The translations under genes and the position numbers were made by a program. Shown one piece after another: positions 27,567 to 35,806 of a stretch of DNA of 64,000 bases. Position 1 is the stretch's first letter; each line of letters starts with the position of its first letter. The stretch lies in IMG/VR virus record IMGVR_UViG_3300025284_000066, one strand, 5' to 3'. The stretch is from an uncultured virus (IMG/VR IMGVR_UViG_3300025284_000066). Taxonomy: Duplodnaviria; Heunggongvirae; Uroviricota; Caudoviricetes. The notes beneath the pieces were generated by a model that did no database searches, was not told the origin of the DNA, and saw only the letters and a list, made by a program, of their open reading frames with translations.

Positions 27567-28517
27567 ATGACAGACCTCACGGCAGCCGCATCAGATCCCA
27601 ATGGCCGGCGCGCTCCCCCTCGGAGTCTTTTCAAATACTTCTCCCCTGCGGGAACCAGATTTTTAGCGAACTGGCATCTTCGATTCAGCCAGCCCGGGGC
27701 CATGAATGACCCGTTTGAATTCAGCCCACATGTTGAAAGTTGGGGCACCGCTGAAGAAGAGCTTGCGAAGGTCGACCAGATGTGGGAGGAAAGCACAATC
27801 AGGGAGTATGAGAGGCAGTCGGAGGGGTTTCGCGCGCGTGTCAGCCAGGAAGAGTTTCTGACGAAGCTTCGGTTGAAGTACAAGGCGACTGATGTTGCAC
27901 GGGCGCACGACAGCATCCGGCAGAAGGCCTACCAATTGATGGCACAGGGAGTTACAGACATGGCGAACTCCGCTATCGGCGTGTTGTGTTTGACCGAGGA
28001 GCCGGCCAACCTGCTGATGTGGGCTCACTACAGCGAAAGCCATACCGGCTTCGTTGTGGAGTTCGATACCGAGCACGAGTTCTTTCAGAGCAAGGTGCCT
28101 CCGGCGCACGTGAAGGCCGAGGCGCAAGAGATCGCGGACTTTCCGACGGAGTACGGCTTCATGCGGCCTGTGAGTTACTCGGAAGCACGCCCGGCTGTCG
28201 TGCTTACACAGATGAGCTTCGGTGCGTTCTTGGTGAAGGGTTCCCCATGGGCCTATGAGCGCGAATGGCGCATGCTGATGCCGCTGAACTACAGCCAAAC
28301 ACCGTACAAAGGGCCCTACCGATTTCCCGTGCACCTGTGGCCCATTCCGAAGGCGGCGGTCCGCAGAGTCATTGCCGGCGCCAACGCCACTATGGCCGTC
28401 ATCGAGAGCATCCGCCGGCTCTCGGCCGACCCTGAGGCACGACACATTCAACTGCAATATGCGCAAGTTGATCGCGAACACTTCAGCATGTCGTTCGCAG
28501 ACCTGCCTCCTGCCTAG
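27567..28517 (+). CDS. DUF2971-domain moron protein
   Basis: LFKY...MNDPFE...CLTE...LMWAHYSESHTGFVVEFD...V.Y...K...WAYEREWR; less GC-rich than the flanks. Confidence 0.85.
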   Translation: MTDLTAAASDPNGRRAPPRSLFKYFSPAGTRFLANWHLRFSQPGAMNDPFEFSPHVESWGTAEEELAKVDQMWEESTIREYERQSEGFRARVSQEEFLTKLRLKYKATDVARAHDSIRQKAYQLMAQGVTDMANSAIGVLCLTEEPANLLMWAHYSESHTGFVVEFDTEHEFFQSKVPPAHVKAEAQEIADFPTEYGFMRPVSYSEARPAVVLTQMSFGAFLVKGSPWAYEREWRMLMPLNYSQTPYKGPYRFPVHLWPIPKAAVRRVIAGANATMAVIESIRRLSADPEARHIQLQYAQVDREHFSMSFADLPPA

Positions 28518-28519
28518 CC

Positions 28520-28559
28520 CCCTGTAGGGTTCGCTCGAACCCAAGCCGCTGAAGACGAT
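28520..28559 (+). promoter_or_regulatory. Putative late promoter, copy 3
   Basis: CCCTGTAGGGTTCGCT-N18-GACGAT. Confidence 0.7.
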
Positions 28560-28565
28560 TGCTCC

Positions 28566-28680
28566 GTCAACGGGTAGCGGCCAAGACAACCAACCCAGAG
28601 CCCTGTGCTCTGGCATCCCAGCCCCGCAAGGGGACCGGCCGCTACCGGGGATGCCAGACCACAGGGCTTTCGTCTTCCCA
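28566..28680 (+). ncRNA. Structured leader / c4-like RNA element
   Basis: Long stem enclosing two hairpins; a loop complementary to an upstream 10-mer. Confidence 0.5.
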
Positions 28681-28688
28681 GGAGCCCT

Positions 28689-29858
28689 ATGAGCAACTTC
28701 AGCCACATCATCATCCCGACCGTCGGCCGCGTCGTCTGGTTCTATCCAGCGTCGAAGACCGGCGAGGCGGGTTTCGCCTGCAACGAGAGCGGTGGCCCCT
28801 ACGCGGCCATCGTTGCCCGTGTCTGGAACGACAGCATGGTCAACCTCGCCGTCTTCGATGCGAACGGCACCGTGCACAGCAGGACCAGCGTGCACCTGGT
28901 GCAGGGAGACGAGCCCGCGCCCGACAGCGCGTTCTGTGGGTGGATGCCCTTCCAGAAGGGTCAGGCCGCCAAGCAGGACGCGCAGCAGGCCAAGGACACG
29001 AACGGCGGGCCGCGCTTCCGCACCCATCGCGATGAGCTCGAGCAATCTGCCGCGCACGCAATCGCCACGCGCGTCGCCGAGCTGGGCGCCAACGGCGCGC
29101 GAATCGGCCACGAGGTTCGGCAGGCACTGGATGCGCTGGTGAACTACGGCGCCAAAGCGGCGGAGCCGGCTGCCAAGGATCACGCCTCGCGCGTGCTCTA
29201 CCCGGCGATCCGCAACGCCATGGAGGAGCTCGGGACGTTGCACCACGGCTTCAATGATCGCGTCAACCGGGCGTGGAACTACCTGCACAGCGCGTTCTAC
29301 AGCGAATCGCCGGCACCCGCTTCCGCGCCCGGCTTGCGCTGCACCCTCGCGAAGGACGAGACGTTGGTGCGGCTGCAGGTGCGAGACGATCATCGCGAGG
29401 AGCCTGTGGTTGCCGCCGCCCTGGACTCCCTCCGCGGGTGCGTCCACAACACTTTGGACGACGGGCTGATGCACCACATGACCGGCACGGCCGGAGTGCC
29501 GCGCGCCGTCACCGAAACAGAGTTGGCCGCCAAGGCGGTGGGGCCGCGCGTCACCGAGGCCGACATCGAGGCAGCCATCGCCAGCGAGCACTACTTCACC
29601 GCGGGCGAAGGGATTGCGGGGCGTTGCTACCGGGAAGTATCGACGCTTCACTCTCCGCGGGAACTGGAGCACGTCACCGTCTGCGTGCTGATCCTGCACA
29701 ACGGCACGAAACTGGTAGGCGTGAACGAGGGGCCAGTGTCGCCGGAGAACTTCGATCCCGAGATCGGCCGGCGGTATGCGCGCGAGAAGGCCATCGATCA
29801 GGTGTGGCCGCTACTCGGCTACGAGCTGCGCACCCGGCTCGCTGGCTCGGGCACCTGA
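28689..29858 (+). CDS. Multidomain protein with a C-terminal N4 gp49 / Sf6 gp66-family domain
   Basis: PRVTEADIEAAIASEHYF...TVCVLILHNG...VSPENFDPEIGRRYAREKAIDQVWPLLGYEL. Confidence 0.8.
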   Translation: MSNFSHIIIPTVGRVVWFYPASKTGEAGFACNESGGPYAAIVARVWNDSMVNLAVFDANGTVHSRTSVHLVQGDEPAPDSAFCGWMPFQKGQAAKQDAQQAKDTNGGPRFRTHRDELEQSAAHAIATRVAELGANGARIGHEVRQALDALVNYGAKAAEPAAKDHASRVLYPAIRNAMEELGTLHHGFNDRVNRAWNYLHSAFYSESPAPASAPGLRCTLAKDETLVRLQVRDDHREEPVVAAALDSLRGCVHNTLDDGLMHHMTGTAGVPRAVTETELAAKAVGPRVTEADIEAAIASEHYFTAGEGIAGRCYREVSTLHSPRELEHVTVCVLILHNGTKLVGVNEGPVSPENFDPEIGRRYAREKAIDQVWPLLGYELRTRLAGSGT

Positions 29859-29868
29859 GGGGCACGCG

Positions 29869-30201
29869 ATGGCGACGGCGATATCTCGCTCAGCCTGGCC
29901 GCACTTCCGGTCAGCGTCTCTCAGCTTCCGCCTGCTGGACGGCTCTATCCGGGAGCCGGTGGCAGGGGCGGTGGAGTTCGTCCTGAGCCAGGAGGAATTC
30001 GGCATGGTGCTGCGCGGCTGCGCCGTCTATCGAGTGGAAGGCGCAATGGTGTTTCGAGCCGATCAACAGGTCGACACCTCGCGCCTGCTCGCCACCGAGG
30101 CGCGCCGCGCGGACTTCGACCTCTGCAGGGCGTGTCTCCTCGATATCGTTGCCCAGGTACGCGAGTACAACGCCGTGGTTCTCCCCGTGCCCAACGACTG
30201 A
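29869..30201 (+). CDS. Hypothetical protein
   Basis: GAGGGG RBS; fills the gap between genes. Confidence 0.55.
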   Translation: MATAISRSAWPHFRSASLSFRLLDGSIREPVAGAVEFVLSQEEFGMVLRGCAVYRVEGAMVFRADQQVDTSRLLATEARRADFDLCRACLLDIVAQVREYNAVVLPVPND

Positions 30202-30209
30202 TCCGACCT

Positions 30210-30494
30210 ATGGAAGCGATCACCACAACCACGGCCACCAACAGGGGCGAGCCGTCTCCGTCGATCGATCAGATCCTCGCCTCGATGGAGCTTCTGCTGC
30301 GCGACCCGCTGCCGCCGGAGCCGCTCGGCGAGTACATGCGGTCGAAGGGCATGCCGCCCGAGCTGGGCTACATCTTCGTCCTGCCGGAGAGCATGCGCGG
30401 CGAGCTGCTGTTCCCACCGCGCTACGTGCGCTTCAGCCCGAGCACCTCGGCACCGTTCATCTTTCTGCGGCCCGAACTCGTCGCCCCCCTGTAG
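30210..30494 (+). CDS. Hypothetical protein
   Basis: ORF ending at the next late promoter. Confidence 0.5.
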   Translation: MEAITTTTATNRGEPSPSIDQILASMELLLRDPLPPEPLGEYMRSKGMPPELGYIFVLPESMRGELLFPPRYVRFSPSTSAPFIFLRPELVAPL

Positions 30495-30526
30495 GGTTTC
30501 ACGAGAGCGCGAGCACTCGGCAAAGT
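30487..30526 (+). promoter_or_regulatory. Putative late promoter, copy 4
   Basis: CCCTGTAGGGTTTCAC-N18-CAAAGT. Confidence 0.7.
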
Positions 30527-30530
30527 CGTG

Positions 30531-30707
30531 CTCAAGCGTGATGCGAAAGCAAAGCGTGAAGTAGCCCGCTCGTGAGAGCCGGCACCTCCCTCGAAAGAGC
30601 GCGAGGTAACTCCCCCAGCTGGAGGTGTACGGGGTGGGGCTTCGGCCCCGCCCGGTGCTCCGAATGCGGATGTCCCTAGCGGCCACGGCGACATGTGGCG
30701 GACGAGC
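30531..30707 (+). ncRNA. Structured RNA / long leader of the head operon
   Basis: Four GNRA-capped hairpins, one UUCG hairpin and an enclosing helix. Confidence 0.55.
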
Positions 30708-31739
30708 ATGACGGCAACAACCGACAACTTCTTTGACAGCATCAACGGCGCACTGACGCCGGAGCAGGCTCTCCAGGCATTGAGCTTGGAAGAGAAGGGC
30801 GATACCGGCGCCAAGCCGGAAGACGGTGGCGCGCCCACGACCACCACTGCAACCGACGATCAGCCCGGTGCGGCTGAGCCCACGAAGGGCAACGAGCAAA
30901 CCGACGAGACGAAGGGCAAGGCCGATGGCGCCCAACCCATCCCGGAAGACCAGCAGACCGCGGACAACACCGTGGTCCTGGCCAGGGACGGCAAGCACAC
31001 CATCGACTTCAGCCACCTGGACAAGGCACGCCAGCAACGCGACACGTACCGGGCCGAGGCAGAGGACGCGAAGCGCCAACTGGCGGACCTGCAAGCGCAG
31101 GCGAAGGCCCGCGAGAACGAGGGGCAGGCCCCGACCAAGACCGACAACATGGTTGCCACAGCAGAGGCGGCGATGTCGAAGGGCGTGGACCCGGGCCTGT
31201 TCGGCGACTTCTCGGAAGAGGCGCTGGCAGCTGGCATCGCCAAGCTGGTGCAGCAGCAGGTAGAGGAGCGCGTCGGCAAGGCCGTCGCACCGCTGCAGGC
31301 CAAGCAACAGCAGGACGCCGCCACCGCGCACTACGAGGCCATCTACAAGGCGCACCCCAACGCTGACTCCATCGTGGAGAGCGCCGAGTTCAAGGCCTGG
31401 GTGGATGCCCACCCGAGCGCGGTCCGCGCTGCGTACTGGCAGTTGTTCGACCCGAAGACGGGCGGGACGGCTGAGCAGATCGTCGAAGTGTTCGATGCCT
31501 TCACGAAGGGCAACAAGGAAGCTCCTACGCCCGCAGCCTCTGACAAGGCTGCGGCCACGGCCGCCGCGGCGTCCGCGCGGAAGGAACCCCCTGCAAGCCT
31601 GTCCGGTATCCCCGGCGGGCGCGCGGACGGGCTCTCTCCGCACGAGCACATGGCAGGCATGGGTGGCGTCGACATGTACGCGGCCATGGAAGGCATGAGC
31701 CCCGCACAGATCGAAGCCTTTCTGAACAAGCAACTCTGA
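30708..31739 (+). CDS. Capsid scaffolding protein
   Basis: Acidic, helical, coiled-coil protein directly before the capsid gene; C-terminal MSPAQIEAFL helix. Confidence 0.8.
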   Translation: MTATTDNFFDSINGALTPEQALQALSLEEKGDTGAKPEDGGAPTTTTATDDQPGAAEPTKGNEQTDETKGKADGAQPIPEDQQTADNTVVLARDGKHTIDFSHLDKARQQRDTYRAEAEDAKRQLADLQAQAKARENEGQAPTKTDNMVATAEAAMSKGVDPGLFGDFSEEALAAGIAKLVQQQVEERVGKAVAPLQAKQQQDAATAHYEAIYKAHPNADSIVESAEFKAWVDAHPSAVRAAYWQLFDPKTGGTAEQIVEVFDAFTKGNKEAPTPAASDKAAATAAAASARKEPPASLSGIPGGRADGLSPHEHMAGMGGVDMYAAMEGMSPAQIEAFLNKQL

Positions 31740-31791
31740 TTGCACCAGGCATCGCCGGGAGGCGAGGCCCATCCCATCGAAGGAGGACTCC

Positions 31792-33084
31792 ATGTCCGAA
31801 AGCAAAACGAACGTCCCATCGGGTGCGACCGGCGCCATGATCCAGCAGGCGGTAGGGGTCTTCCACACCTGCATGCAGCGCAACACGACGCTGAACCGCC
31901 TCACGGGCAAGATGCCCACCATCGAGAACGCCATCGCGGGCGCGAAGCGTCAGTCGAAGCCCACGATGCCCATCGTGCGCGCCGACGACCTGGGCAAGAA
32001 CAAGGGTGACGAGATCACCTTTCACCTCGACAACCCGATCAGCGGCTACCCGATCATGGGCAGCGAGTACGCCGAGGGCAAGGGCGTGGGGATGTCCTTC
32101 TCCGAGGACCGCCTGCGTGTGAACCAGGCGCGCTTCCCGGTGGACATGGGCAACACCATGACCCAGATCCGCAGCCCCTACGACCTGCGCCGCCTGGGCC
32201 GCCCGAAGGCGCAGCAGCTGATGAACGACTACATCGACCAGTCGATCCTCGTTCACATGGCCGGCGCGCGCGGCTTCCACGACAACAAGATCGAGTGGCG
32301 CGTGCCGCTCGCCTCGCACCCGAAGTTCAAGGAAATCATGGTGAACCGGGTGAAGGCGCCGACGCGCAACCGGCACCTGGTGGTCGGCGGCGGCGCGGTG
32401 GGCGAGGTGAAGGCGAACGCTGGCGAGCTGACCATCGCCACGACGGACATGTTCACCATGGATGCGGTGGACTCGCTGCGCTCGTGGATGGACCAGATCC
32501 CGCTGCCGCCGCCCCCGGTGGAGTTCGAGGGCGACCTGGCCGCCACCGACAGCCCGATCCGCGTTGCGCTGGTGTCGCCCGCGCAGTACAGCGGCTTCGC
32601 CACGAACCCGGACTTCCGTAGCTTCCAGGCCAACGCCTATGCGCGCGCCCGGCTGGCGAAGGACCACCCGCTGTTCCTCGGCGACGTGGGCCTCTGGAAC
32701 GGCATCCTCATCGTGAAGATGCCCAAGGCGATCCGCTTCTACGCTGGCGACCAGCTCAACTACTGCGCTGCGTACGACAGCGAGGTCGAGTCCAGCGTCG
32801 TCGTGCCGGCGTCGTTCGGCACCACCTTCGCCGTGGATCGCGCGCTGCTGCTGGGCGGCCAGGCGCTGGCGCAGGCCTTCGGCAGCTCGGAGCACAGCGG
32901 CATCCCGTTCTTCTGGTCGGAAGAGAAGGGTGACCACGGCGACAAGCTCGAAATCCTGATCGGCGCCATCCTGGGCATGTCGAAGATCCGCTTCGCAGTG
33001 GACCACGGCGACAGCACCCAGTTCACCGACCACGGCGTGACGGTGCTGGACACGGCCGTTCGCATCATCAAGCCGCGCGGCTGA
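31792..33084 (+). CDS. Major capsid protein (N4-gp56 / DUF4043-like)
   Basis: PIVRADDLGKNKGDEITF, HPLFLGDVGLWNGILI, RALLLGGQAL; AGGAGG RBS. Confidence 0.88.
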   Translation: MSESKTNVPSGATGAMIQQAVGVFHTCMQRNTTLNRLTGKMPTIENAIAGAKRQSKPTMPIVRADDLGKNKGDEITFHLDNPISGYPIMGSEYAEGKGVGMSFSEDRLRVNQARFPVDMGNTMTQIRSPYDLRRLGRPKAQQLMNDYIDQSILVHMAGARGFHDNKIEWRVPLASHPKFKEIMVNRVKAPTRNRHLVVGGGAVGEVKANAGELTIATTDMFTMDAVDSLRSWMDQIPLPPPPVEFEGDLAATDSPIRVALVSPAQYSGFATNPDFRSFQANAYARARLAKDHPLFLGDVGLWNGILIVKMPKAIRFYAGDQLNYCAAYDSEVESSVVVPASFGTTFAVDRALLLGGQALAQAFGSSEHSGIPFFWSEEKGDHGDKLEILIGAILGMSKIRFAVDHGDSTQFTDHGVTVLDTAVRIIKPRG

Positions 33085-33150
33085 TGACCTCGGGGGCCGG
33101 CTGCGGTTGGCCTCCGCCTTCACCTTTCTCGAATCACACAGGAGGCCAAC

Positions 33151-33630
33151 ATGGCAACCATTAAGAAACTGGGGCTGGGCCTGCAGCAGTTCGGCGGCTT
33201 CACCCCTTACGGCAACCTCACCACGCTGCGCGCCGCGCTGCTGACCGCGGCCGATGGCGGCGCGCTCAACGCGGACAGCGCCACGCCCCTCGGCATCGGC
33301 GATGTCGTGGTGCTCGACAAGCTGCCCGAGGGCATGGTGCTGGAAGACGCGCAACTGATCGTGTCGACGGCGATGACCGCCGCAGTAACCGGCTCGCTGG
33401 GCTTCATCTACGCCGACGGTGTGGACAGCGCCGACGTGCCGCAGGACGCCGCGTATTTCGGTGCCGGCCTGGCGCTCAACGCGACCGGCCGCCTGCGCGC
33501 CGCCACCGCCAAGGTGCCGGTGAAGCTGCCCAAGCCCGCGCTGCTGGTGCTGACCATCGCAGGCGCGGCCAACGCGAAGGCTTCGCGCGTGGACGTGATC
33601 GTGCACGGCGAGCGCGGCGGCCCGAAGTAA
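33151..33630 (+). CDS. Putative capsid decoration/cement protein
   Basis: Small beta-rich protein after the capsid gene; AGGAGG RBS. Confidence 0.65.
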   Translation: MATIKKLGLGLQQFGGFTPYGNLTTLRAALLTAADGGALNADSATPLGIGDVVVLDKLPEGMVLEDAQLIVSTAMTAAVTGSLGFIYADGVDSADVPQDAAYFGAGLALNATGRLRAATAKVPVKLPKPALLVLTIAGAANAKASRVDVIVHGERGGPK

Positions 33631-33699
33631 TCGACACCTGAGCCGAGCGGGGCGGGGCCATGTGCTTCGCCCCTTCGTCACATCCAAGAGGAGCAACCC

Positions 33700-34143
33700 A
33701 TGTCCGCCAGCCAACTCGTCGCCATCACCTACATCGGCACGGAAACGCCGTTCCAGGACCGCATCTACCGATCGCGCCTGACCTTCGACCCCGACCAGAC
33801 CCGCGAGGTGCCGGCCGAGCTCGCTGCCAAGTTCCTGCTGCACGCAGACGTGTTCAAGGCGGCCGACGAAAAGGCTGCCGAGGCGACCGCGAAGAGCAAG
33901 AAGGCCGCCGCGCCGAAGGACGACACGGCGGAGACGCTCGAAGCCGCCCAGAAGGCCGAGGAGGAGCGGCGCCAGAAGGAGGGCCAGCGCTTCGAACTGC
34001 ACCAGCAGATCGACAAGATGGACAAGCAAGCGCTGCGCGACTGGACGAAGACGAAGTTCCAGCAGGAGCTGCCCGGCAACCTCGGCATCGAGAAGATGCG
34101 CGATCGCGTCAAGGGCTTCGTGGATCAGTTCGGAGCCCCATGA
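33700..34143 (+). CDS. Virion-module protein with a C-terminal HeH/Rho-N-like segment
   Basis: GAGGAG RBS; IDKMDKQALRDW motif. Confidence 0.7.
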   Translation: MSASQLVAITYIGTETPFQDRIYRSRLTFDPDQTREVPAELAAKFLLHADVFKAADEKAAEATAKSKKAAAPKDDTAETLEAAQKAEEERRQKEGQRFELHQQIDKMDKQALRDWTKTKFQQELPGNLGIEKMRDRVKGFVDQFGAP

Positions 34144-34835
34144 CCCTGCAGGACTTGATCCGGCGCTTCCGCGTCCTGGCCAACGACAAGCGGCAGCCCT
34201 ATTTCTGGGCAGATGCCGATGTCGTGGACTGGCTGAACGATGCCGAGCGGCAGGCTGCGGTGCGCGGCCGGCTGCTGCGCGAGGACGCGGACCCTGAGGT
34301 GTGCCGCATCGCGCTCGCATCGGGGCAGGCGGTGTACCCGCTGCACGCGGCGGTGTTCGAGATCATCAGCCTGCGCCTGCTGCCAGTCAACGGCGACCGC
34401 GCGCGCTCGATCAGGCTCGTTTCGCGCGAGTGGCTGGATGCCGAGGTGCCCGGCTGGCGTGAGCGTGTAGACCCGGCGTGCTTCGCGATCCAGGATGACA
34501 CTTCCTTGCGCCTGGTCGGCACGTTCGAGGCCGGCGATGTGCTCGTGCTCGAGTGCTATCGGACGCCCCTGGAGTCAATGGCGCTGCCCCCGGGCGGCTC
34601 GCCGCCGCCGGTGGTCCGCAGCACGCCCGATATCCATGCGACGCACCACGAGCACCTGCTGCTGTGGGCGTTGCATAAGGCTTTCAGCATCCCCGACACC
34701 GAGACGTTCGACCCGGCACGCTCGGACAGGGCTGAAGCGGGCTTCACCGCCTACTTCGGGCCGATGCCCGATAGCGACCTCCGCCGTATCACGCGCGAGG
34801 ATGTTCCACATCACAACGTGCTGATCCTGCCATGA
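34140..34835 (+). CDS. Head-tail adaptor protein
   Basis: MTLQDLI...WADADVVDWLNDAER...HHEHLLLWALHKAF. Confidence 0.75.
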   Translation: MTLQDLIRRFRVLANDKRQPYFWADADVVDWLNDAERQAAVRGRLLREDADPEVCRIALASGQAVYPLHAAVFEIISLRLLPVNGDRARSIRLVSREWLDAEVPGWRERVDPACFAIQDDTSLRLVGTFEAGDVLVLECYRTPLESMALPPGGSPPPVVRSTPDIHATHHEHLLLWALHKAFSIPDTETFDPARSDRAEAGFTAYFGPMPDSDLRRITREDVPHHNVLILP

Positions 34836-35053
34836 GCACGACCCTTGTTCACGTAGAGCTCCGCGTCGGCGAGACGGTGCGCATCGGCAACACGCTGGTG
34901 ACGCTCTCTCAGAAGTCGGGACAGCGCGCGCGTCTCGCCATCTGCGCCGACGCGAACACCCCCATCCAGCGCCCAGCCGGGCGCGCAACCACTGGCGCGC
35001 AGGAGTGCGCTTCTTCCGCTGAAGAGGCCGCAAATGGCAAACACCCTGTATGA
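34832..35053 (+). CDS. csrA: CsrA/RsmA-like RNA-binding translational regulator
   Basis: LVHVELRVGETVRIGNTLVTLSQKSGQRARLAICADANTPIQR aligns with CsrA [43 protein letters not shown]. Confidence 0.7.
   Translation: MSTTLVHVELRVGETVRIGNTLVTLSQKSGQRARLAICADANTPIQRPAGRATTGAQECASSAEEAANGKHPV
34995..35010 (+). promoter_or_regulatory. Putative CsrA-type site 1
   Basis: GCGCGC-AGGA-GTGCGC hairpin ~25 nt before ATG 35034. Confidence 0.6.
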
Positions 35054-35441
35054 CGCTGCGCGGCAGCGCTTCCTGGAAGCTCAGCTCAACTGGGCGACCG
35101 ACACCATCAAAGTTCTGTTGGTGGACACTGGCGCCTACACGCCGCAGACGGCCATCCACCAGTACCTCGCGGACATCCCGATCTCGGCGCGCATCGCGGG
35201 CCCCGTGACGCTGACCGCGAAGACCACCACCGGCGGCGCGGCCGACGGCGCGGACGTGACGTTCACGGCTGTCTCGGGCGCGAGCATCGAGGCCATCGTG
35301 ATCTACCGCGACACGGGCACCGAGGCGACCTCGCCGCTGATCGCTTTCATCGACACGGCCACGGGCCTGCCAATCACGCCCAACGGCGGCGACATCATCG
35401 TCACCTGGGACAACGGCACCAACAAGATCTTCAAGGTCTGA
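35034..35441 (+). CDS. Virion structural (tail/fibre-associated) protein
   Basis: DTIKVLLV...PLIAFID...TPNGGDIIVTW; Thr/Ala-rich beta protein. Confidence 0.75.
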   Translation: MANTLYDAARQRFLEAQLNWATDTIKVLLVDTGAYTPQTAIHQYLADIPISARIAGPVTLTAKTTTGGAADGADVTFTAVSGASIEAIVIYRDTGTEATSPLIAFIDTATGLPITPNGGDIIVTWDNGTNKIFKV

Positions 35442-35443
35442 TC

Positions 35444-35794
35444 GTGGGGGGCGCAGGAGTGCAGGACACGCAATCTCTCGCGGCGCCGCCGCAGAAGCCG
35501 CCGCCGATCATCATCGGCGTGGAGGGCATCGCCCCGAAGCCCATCGAGCTGACGCCGGCCATCGTGCCGGGCATCAACTGGCGCATGGTGGGCGCGCTGC
35601 CGCCGTTCCAGATGTTCGTCCACGAGCTGGCGCCGTGCCCGCCGGGGCGCGACAGCCAGGAGTGGGCCATCGACTACGCGCTGCGCTTCGCTGGTCAGCG
35701 TGGCGACGACGTGCTCATGGGCGAGTACAGCGCCTGGCACGCGGCAAAGGGGTACTGGCCGAACGAAACGCCGCTGGGCGTGCTGAAGGACTGA
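35444..35794 (+). CDS. Hypothetical tail-module protein (start at 35444 or 35459)
   Basis: PPFQMF...WHAAKGYWPNETP; fills the gap between genes. Confidence 0.65.
   Translation: MGGAGVQDTQSLAAPPQKPPPIIIGVEGIAPKPIELTPAIVPGINWRMVGALPPFQMFVHELAPCPPGRDSQEWAIDYALRFAGQRGDDVLMGEYSAWHAAKGYWPNETPLGVLKD
35451..35462 (+). promoter_or_regulatory. Putative CsrA-type site 2
   Basis: GCGCAGGAGTGC followed by a second AGGA, at the gene start. Confidence 0.55.
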
Positions 35795-35806
35795 GGGAGC
35801 GCGAGT

